Part shown: piece by piece, positions 55,392-64,000 of the stretch | How the letters are laid out: each line of letters starts with the position of its first letter | Numbering within the stretch: the stretch's first letter is position 1 | Assembly: GCF_006345805.1 (NCBI RefSeq) | Contig: NC_043009.1 | Coordinates: forward strand, 16,368,001-16,432,000 | DNA length: 64,000 nucleotides | Reading direction: 5' to 3' | Source of the DNA: Octopus sinensis | Lineage: Eukaryota | Notes under the pieces: generated by a model | What the model was told of the DNA's origin: nothing | The model's input: only the letters and a program-made list of their open reading frames with translations | The model's database searches: none | Program-made: the position numbers and the translations under genes

Positions 55392-56315
55392 TGATAAACT
55401 TCTGGAACGTTTTACAGATTTTTACAGTTCCAGTGATGGCTTGGATCGGTAATCTTCGAATTAGCTTTCTCCTTTCTGGTTTTGAGAAGCCTAATTTCTC
55501 AAGATTGGTATTTAAGCCGTGTTATACATATCCCTATACCCCAATAATTACAGGTATAAACCTGAACTTGTAATCTGGATTGAGTAACAGCAGATTTCTC
55601 AATAGTTCACCATAGGTATTCTTTTTTTCACTGATCTTCAGCTTTATATTAACATCCACTTGTCGGCTGATTTCCACAACTTTACACACTTTATCGTTTC
55701 AATCCCAAATCATTATATCAGGTCTATTGTGTTTACATTTTGCTGGGGTTTTCACTGGGACATTCCACCAGTACTCCTTTTTATTATGACTGGCTATGGC
55801 TTCCACCATATTGTGGGCTCTTGTTTCTTTGTCCTCGGGTTACACTTCCGATAGATTTCCTTATATAGTGTCCTAGCTACAACATCATGTCTCATCGGTA
55901 GATAATAATGTGATGACATTTTCGTACAACTGCTTTATGATGTGGGTGATATCTTCAGTGTGGACTCCACAAAGTCTGCATCGGTTGTCACATTTTACTG
56001 CTTTTCCTGCATCGCTATCCCTTTTGTGCATCTGGTATTTGGTTGATATTTCCTGTTCCTGGATTGCAAATGCATACTTTTCAAAGTGGGAGGTACTAAT
56101 CCAGTTGTTGGTCAATGATAGACTGCTTTGATGATCAATGTTACTATCATCTCGGAGTTTTCTACTAACATATCCATGCATAGTCTTCTGCTCATAAACG
56201 CCGATGACATGTTGCGGTAGAGTCGTGCGACTTCTTTGGGTATGTATTTAAGGTTATCAGTCGAGGAATGCTGCTCAAGGAACTGCCTTCCAGGTCTTAT
56301 ATTATCAACCTCGTG
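55392..56315 (-). mobile_element. 3' portion of an R4/Dong-like (RLE-clade) non-LTR retrotransposon: zinc knuckle and restriction-like endonuclease
   Basis: FAIQEQEISTKY, CRLCGVHTEDITHII, RHDVVARTL, WWNVPVKT...HNRPDI...VVEIS, FIPVIIG. Ends KTFQKFII*. Confidence 0.88.
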
Positions 56316-56335
56316 TATGTATGTATGCATGTATG

Positions 56336-56369
<34 letters not shown>

Positions 56370-56854
56370 TGTATGTATGTATGTATGTATGTATGTATGT
56401 ATGTATGTATGTATGTACGTATCTATGTATGTAAGTATGTGTGTATGTATGTAAAATAAGTGAACCTTAAAAAGACAGCACAAGAAAATTTAATAGCTTA
56501 TTTGTCTCTCTTATTTCTTATCTTTTTTCGCGTTCATCTTGCATTTAAGGCTGACGCGACCTCCTCTGGATTCGACCTCGTAACTTCAACTCTGAGCTCT
56601 ATATGAGATTACCACACATATTCCTATGGATATCCATTTATAGACATATTGTATGGCTACCTTATTGTAGGAATGGTGGAATGCTTGGTGCTTATAAGGG
56701 AATGCACGGTGCTTATAGTAAAACACCATTTAATAGCGAGCACTGCACATCTGTTGATGGGTGCGCCATCACCATTACTAAAATGTATGCATAGGATATG
56801 TTGCAAGCCTGTATACATCTTCAAGCACAATAAACACATACGTTATACACTCTT

Positions 56855-57160
56855 TGTTTATATGGTGAGAAACGTGTTTCATACACAGCACTGTTGGCGA
56901 ACACTGGCAAAGGCCACTGTATGAATTCGTACAATGGCGTGACTTTGGTGTGCCTAAAAACATTCAGTTAATCGCTAGATCAATGGTTCCCATGCGACCT
57001 TTATATTTTACTCATCTCCAAATACAATAAATGCATGCGTCTGTTTACATGGTGAGAAATGTGTTTCCTAGACAGCAAACACCACTGTATAAATTCGCAC
57101 AGAGACATGACTGCGGTAAGCCTAAAAACATTTAGTTAATCGCTAGATCAATGGTTCTCA
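56855..57160 (+). repeat. Diverged tandem duplication (~187-bp period)
   Basis: TGTTTA(T/C)ATGGTGAGAAA...CCTAAAAACATT(C/T)AGTTAATCGCTAGATCAATGGTTC at about 56855 and 57042. Confidence 0.75.
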
Positions 57161-57899
57161 ACATGGTTCTAATCACTGCTGATTTTGTCACAGGGGAACA
57201 GATTTTCCTTTACGATGGAGATGTGTTTATGACACACTCGATTCATAAGTGACAGGGATTCCAGGACATCCAGGGTTTTGACATCATTGTGTCTCATCAG
57301 CCAGAAGTACCCCTAGACCAAAGAATCCAACAAGTGCCGATGGTCCTATCCATAATTTCAACCAACAAGCTGTTTGTTGATCCGTGCTGATATCTGACAA
57401 CTGATATATGAACGTTATATACAGGCTATCTTGCTTCACCGGGCAGTCGTCTATTTTTCTCCATCTTTGTCTAAATCTTGTTTGTTCCAAAGTCGACTGA
57501 CACATTATCTTTCCCCCTTATCGTGCAATACTTACCTTTCTATCATTTTTATTTATCGATGTTTCTTTCCATCTGTCCACCCATCTAGCCATCTTTATAT
57601 CCATCTGTCTCTGTCTATATATCTGACTCTTTATATATCTATCTACCTACCTATCTATACCTCTTTGTACTTGCCTTCCTATTGCTCTTCCTGTTTACCA
57701 TTTTCACATAACGGTTTCTTTTTCTTTTTCTCTATTTTTGTATTGTTCTTTCAATTTTTGCCTTCATTTACCTGTCTCTCGTATTTACACTCAGTCTTCC
57801 ATTATTGTATCTAACTAGGCTTATCTCTATCACTTAATTTCTCTCCTCATTTCACACTTCCCACTCTGTTTTATCTCCGAAACAGCATTCATACCTTTG

Positions 57900-58129
<230 letters not shown>

Positions 58130-58894
58130 ACACCTGTATACTTTTCTTCTCTCCCTTCCAGCAGAAATACTAGGAGAATTTATCTTTTAATTGGCCGCCC
58201 AGCTGCTCTTTCAGTCTCTCCCATATGCTGGTTTGTCTAATTAATTTTTTTAAAATATTTTTGCCTTACTTCGCAGTCAATTTTATTTTGTGTGTGGGTG
58301 TATGTATGCGTGTGTGTGTTTTTTGTTTTATATTTTCAATGTTACTGTCCTTCTATATTTTTGTCTTAGTATATATTATTTTTCTGCTCTCCTCGAAACA
58401 TATCCTTATTTACTGTTCAGTCTACATACTACACATTTTTTTTTATTGTTGTACTTCTGTCAATATTTTTCTATCCTTCTAGTTTCTCATGTCCGATCGT
58501 TTATATTCTAGTTGCGTACGTTCATGACACACCAAATTTAAATAATATTGTTGGGGAGTATCGGAACTGTGATGTTATTTGGTTGACAACTGATGAGAGT
58601 TGAACTTGTCTGCATCCGTTGTGCGTGTTTTCCTCTGTATTTTTTTCTGAGAATTCATCGTCCCCAAATGCCACTTTTTTTCTCATACATAGATAGATAC
58701 ACTCACATATATATGTGGGGGGTGTATGTATGTATATCTAATTAATACAAATACAGACACACTTACACATACCTCCCTTCGGCCACCCCTTCTTCATATA
58801 TTCACACCATTCACTTACACACACGCATACCTCTATTCATCTATCTTATCTCTATGAAACACAAATACACATTGGCATGCGGATACGATAACAC

Positions 58895-58944
<50 letters not shown>

Positions 58945-58946
58945 AA

Positions 58947-59000
<54 letters not shown>

Positions 59001-59010
59001 AACAAACAAA

Positions 59011-59063
<53 letters not shown>

Positions 59064-59537
59064 AACAAACACACATAAACAAGCAAACACACGAACGAAC
59101 ACAAACACACATATACGCACTTTCACACTCTGCATTGCTTGACAGCTTTTCATCACATTTTTCCCCCGTCTTTTCACCTGCCACTTGTGATCAACTATTA
59201 CTCACTGTTCAGCTTGCCAACGCTGAAAACACACACACACAGACACACAACACATATAAACATGCAACAATTGCCACTATCCTTCATCACTTGCACACTT
59301 CAATACATATATACAGAACATACTAACACGTACATCACTATCCTCATGCTTATCTCCATACAAAAACACACTTTGATACTTGCATCAACACACCTCCGCT
59401 TTTAACTGTCCAAAAGAACAGCATTCCCACTTGGTTTCCAACACTTTGCATTCATTTCTTTCAATATCTATTTCTTCCTTACTCCCTCTATGCTCGTCTC
59501 TATTTTTCCCCTTCTGGTGGACGGCTAGTTTTCGAAA

Positions 59538-59654
59538 AGTTTCAGTCACTCTTTTTGCATTAAGGCATTAAACTATTAACATATTTGACAAATTTTGTCC
59601 TTCTTGTATCATCTTTTCAATGTTTATCGTCTTTATACAATACACGTGTGCCTA

Positions 59655-59689
<35 letters not shown>

Positions 59690-59893
59690 GTGTGTGTGTG
59701 TGTGAGTATGTATATTCTTTTATTCTTTTACCCCTTTACTTGTTTCAGTCATTTGACTGCGGACATGCTGGATTACTGCCTTTAGTCGAACAAATCGATC
59801 CCGATATTCTTTGTAAGCCTAGTACTTATTCTATCGATCTATTTTGACGAACCAACATCGGTTGTCAAGCGATGATGGGACAAACACAGATAC

Positions 59894-59937
<44 letters not shown>

Positions 59938-60036
59938 CATATACAATGGGCTTCTTTCTGTTTCCATCAACTAAATTCACTCACAAGGCTTTGGTCAGCG
60001 AACTGAGCTTCTTACCACACCACTCACACGCCTGCA

Positions 60037-60077
<41 letters not shown>

Positions 60078-60517
60078 AAATAATTAAGATTCATTTGAAT
60101 TAGGTACTTAAGTTGAAGCACCAAGTCAGTCTGGTATTATCCGCACAACTTGAAGGAAAGTGAATAAAATCATAATAAGCAACAGGATATCAAGTAGTAA
60201 TGCAGTGCAACCGTTTCAAGCGGCTCCATTTAATTGAACAATGCAATCATTACATCAATTTAAATGCAGTGCTATATTCAGTGTTCTATATATATATATA
60301 TATATATAGAACACTGAATATAGCACTGCATTTAAATTGATGTAATGATTGCATTGTTCAATTAAATGGAGCCGCTTGAAACGGTTGCACTGCATTACTA
60401 CTTGATATCCTGTTGCTTATTATGATTTTATTCACTTTCCTTCAAGTTGTGCGGATAATACCAGACTGACTTGGTGCTTCAACTTAAGTACCTAATTCAA
60501 ATGAATCTTAATTATTT

Positions 60518-60560
<43 letters not shown>

Positions 60561-60653
60561 TGCAGGCGTGTGAGTGGTGTGGTAAGAAGCTCAGTTCGCT
60601 GACCAAAGCCTTGTGAGTGAATTTAGTTGATGGAAACAGAAAGAAGCCCATTG

Positions 60654-60700
<47 letters not shown>

Positions 60701-60902
60701 GTATCTGTGTTTGTCCCATCATCGCTTGACAACCGATGTTGGTTCGTCAAAATAGATCGATAGAATAAGTACTAGGCTTACAAAGAATATCGGGATCGAT
60801 TTGTTCGACTAAAGGCAGTAATCCAGCATGTCCGCAGTCAAATGACTGAAACAAGTAAAGGGGTAAAAGAATAAAAGAATACACATACTCACACACACAC
60901 AC

Positions 60903-60937
<35 letters not shown>

Positions 60938-61082
60938 TGTATGTATGTATGTATGTATGTATGTATGTATAGGCACACGTGTATTGTATAAAGACGATAA
61001 ACATTGAAAAGATGATACAAGAAGGACAAAATTTGTCAAATATGTTAATAGTTTAATGCCTTAATGCAAAAAGAGTGACTGA

Positions 61083-61086
<4 letters not shown>
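59538..61086. repeat. ~1.55-kb palindrome centred on (TA)11 at 60287-60308, including mirrored SINE A fragments
   Basis: Arms are reverse complements apart from microsatellite lengths and at least one substitution. ORF pairs 59844/60508 and 59585/60809 mirror each other. Confidence 0.95.
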
Positions 61087-61147
<61 letters not shown>

Positions 61148-63044
61148 TATATGATCAAATGAATAAAAGCAGACATTGGATAATTGTCCGCTCACTACAT
61201 CTGTTTCTTACGTATCTTACTCCATTACAAAAAGCCGTAATCATCAGATGAAACGTAACTTTACAGACAAAATAATATTCCAAGAATACAGCAGGGACGT
61301 GGCTTAAGTCTGTCGACACCAACTATCAAATTTGAGATTGACCAACAAAGTTGGCCGTTGAGATTAAGAATATAGTTTGTGAAAGGGTGTAATATGATAT
61401 CTAAGGTCAGCGACCCAGGTGAGATAGGAGTCTGCTACACTGGTTCTTAGGTAGGCTGGAGTGGGGTGTAAGTGATATTTTATTATAGTAGGCTTAGAGC
61501 AGTGGGTAGCAAGGAAAGGACCTAAGATAACATAAGGATAAAGAATAAAGAAAAATAAAGCAATTAAAAAAGTGAATAAAAATAACAAATTGCAGTCATC
61601 TTGATTTACATCATTACAGAATAGAAGTACTCGTTCCTTCAAGTTGATATAAATGCATACTATTCAAGAATGTCCTCCATACTCCTAAATAAGGCCCTAA
61701 TTTATGCAAGAAACTTCACAGCCTTTACCAATGGTAAGATTGAAATTATTCTATTAGCTAGAACTATAATTGAATTTGAAGGTAGACTGTGGACGAGAAG
61801 TGACACCCGACAATTTTGATATAGCCATGGGGTTGAGTGACTCGGCCCAGGTTACTGGCATTGTAGAAATCTACCTTTTTCATTATATATATATAAAACA
61901 AGCAAATATATATATATATACATACGCACACACGCACACACACACATAGACATACACACACACACATGCACACACACACACATGCACACACACACATGCA
62001 CACACACACACATGCACACATGCACACACACATATATATACATATCTATGTATATATATGAGAGAGAGAGGGAGGTAAGACAGATTGCATTAGCTCCGTG
62101 GAAATTGAATCAGGTATAGGTGTCTACTTTCAAATGCAGTAACTTAATACAGGATTCATGTACAGAGTTATCGTCTTTGTATTTAATACAAATAATGATA
62201 TATTCTTTAGACAATTACATGACATATATCGAACAATCCATTAAAGTACACAGTTTCATCGAGTAAACAAAGAACATATGCGAAGCACCATCACATACAA
62301 AATCTTCTTACTAACATCATGTCTGAGCGTGTGTGTGTGATTGTGTGCGTGTGCGTGCATTCTTCCTTACTTTGGACATTGTATTCAATTCAATATCATT
62401 ACCTATTGAAGGTTTTTCAATTAATATTAAAATATATACACGTGACTGTAGGTATTCAGCTAATGGGATATCAAGATTTAAAGCTTATCACTGAGCAACT
62501 ATTTCTGCAGCGATGTTTGATTCTTGACAGGTGCTGTTAATATAGATATGTCAGGTAATAAAATTTTAAAAATAAATCCATTGGTAATCTAGATTAAGTC
62601 AGCGTCTGTATGTTAACTAATGTATAATTAAATGATATCTAGGTCACACGAGCGAATATGATGTCAATATGTTTGCATGTGTGTGTCTGTGTGTGTATGT
62701 TTGAGTAGTGGAATAGCTTGCCACTTCAATTCGCCAAGCCAGTTACCTGGCATATAGCAGTTCGCGGGGTTTTTACAACACCTGTTTCCTATCTCTGTCG
62801 TGAACGTCAGGTTGTTGCTTTTCCTGGTATCAATAACCAACTTGTCTTTCTCTGAAATACACACACACACACGCGCGCGCGCACAGACACACACGTACAC
62901 ACACACACAGTACGCACACGCGCACATACGCTTACGCACGTACATACACAGGTGCACGCACACGCACGCACGCACATGCATGCACACGCATGCACATACG
63001 CACCCCACATACACGCACGCGCACACACACACACACACACCTCA

Positions 63045-63400
63045 GTAAACGTTTTACGTGCACTTTCACAACATCTCCCTTTTTCTTTCCATATGGAGGA
63101 GATCCCCTTCGATCATGAATGAGCATGGGATTACACCTCCGAACACTAAGTCATGAGCACAATCAAGTACCCCAAATATATCCAAAATAGAAACTCTCTA
63201 GCCCGGGGTACTTGATTGTGCTCATGACTTAGTTTTCGCTTCTTCCATGAGTATAAGTAAGTATTTCACTTATTTCTTTGCCGCATTTATCACTGATGAA
63301 GGGAAGGTTCTTATGAACTAGCTCTGAAATCGGGTCCGATATGGTAATAACGGGATTTTTTAGAAATTTCTGTCGGCTTTATTCGAAACGCGTGCTTGTA
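63045..63400 (+). mobile_element. PLE-type 3' end with intact-core type I hammerhead (63281-63353)
   Basis: LSIWRRSPSIMN resembles a GIY-YIG C-terminus (weak). 34-bp inverted repeat at 63140-63238. Complete HHR fold downstream. Confidence 0.7.
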
Positions 63401-63507
63401 GTGATAAATTACATGGTTATTGTCGTTGTCTATTTTTTGGCATATTTTGATATTAGAATTTTTTTCTTTTGCCCTTACTTATAGATATATATATAGATAC
63501 ATATATA

Positions 63508-63648
63508 TACGACGGGCTTCTTTCAGTTTCCGTCTACCAAATCCACTCACAAGGCTTTGGTCGGCCCGAAGCTATAGTAGAAGACATTTGCCCAAGGTAC
63601 CATGCAGTGGAACAGAACCCAGAACCATGTGGTTTGTAAGCAAGCTAC
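63508..63648 (-). mobile_element. SINE family A head half
   Basis: Reverse complement of the 6669 head. Confidence 0.85.
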
Positions 63649-64000
63649 ATTATTTCAAAAATGTTACCATAAAGGCATGATGCAGAGTAGCTTGCGGGCT
63701 GGACAAAGACATTGATGAGGTGAATGATGATAAGGATCATACTAATGGAAGCAGACATAAAACGCCCGCCGATTTTCTGCTTCTCTAAAACATTATTCAT
63801 TTTTTTTCCACAGAAAAAGACAAAATGAGGTAATGAACCTCTTACTTCAGTTTTACAAATTTTGGGACTTATAGCGTAATTAAGAATTGGGGAGTTAAGC
63901 CTCTTAAACACAATAAACATTAAACATTGTAACACCGAGGCTTTTTAACCTCTTGTCATTATTCCTCCCCGTCATCGCTTGTGCCTGTATACTCCACCAT

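Noticed and set aside
57255-57305. Minus-strand CTGATGA-GAC...GTC-AAAA motif
   Set aside because: GAAA is replaced by AAAA, and stems I and III are weak. No second copy supports it.

Overview
Repeat-saturated, AT-rich eukaryotic genomic DNA. The SINE families and the extreme (TA)n/(CA)n/(GATA)n density look like an Octopus genome (inference), and there is one 100-N scaffold gap. Almost all ORFs in the supplied track are microsatellite read-throughs. The only convincing host-gene signal is a minus-strand signal-peptide-like exon at 9767-9866. The rest is mobile DNA: three tRNA-derived SINE families, RTE and R4/Dong-like LINE remnants, mariner fragments, a full-length maT-type (DD37D) element, MITEs and many Penelope-like element (PLE) pieces, including a near full-length Neptune-type PLE at 47269-52230. 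The most notable signal is about 12 type I hammerhead-ribozyme (HHR) motifs from several unrelated sequence families. These include an intact-core HHR at 63281-63353, a non-coding tandem dimer with two HHR motifs 308 nt apart at 31.4-31.9 kb (retrozyme-like), and a related group of motifs with a non-canonical core. Several inverted duplications are bounded by (TA)n tracts; these could be real fold-backs or assembly artefacts. All structures were folded and translated by eye and no database searches were run.
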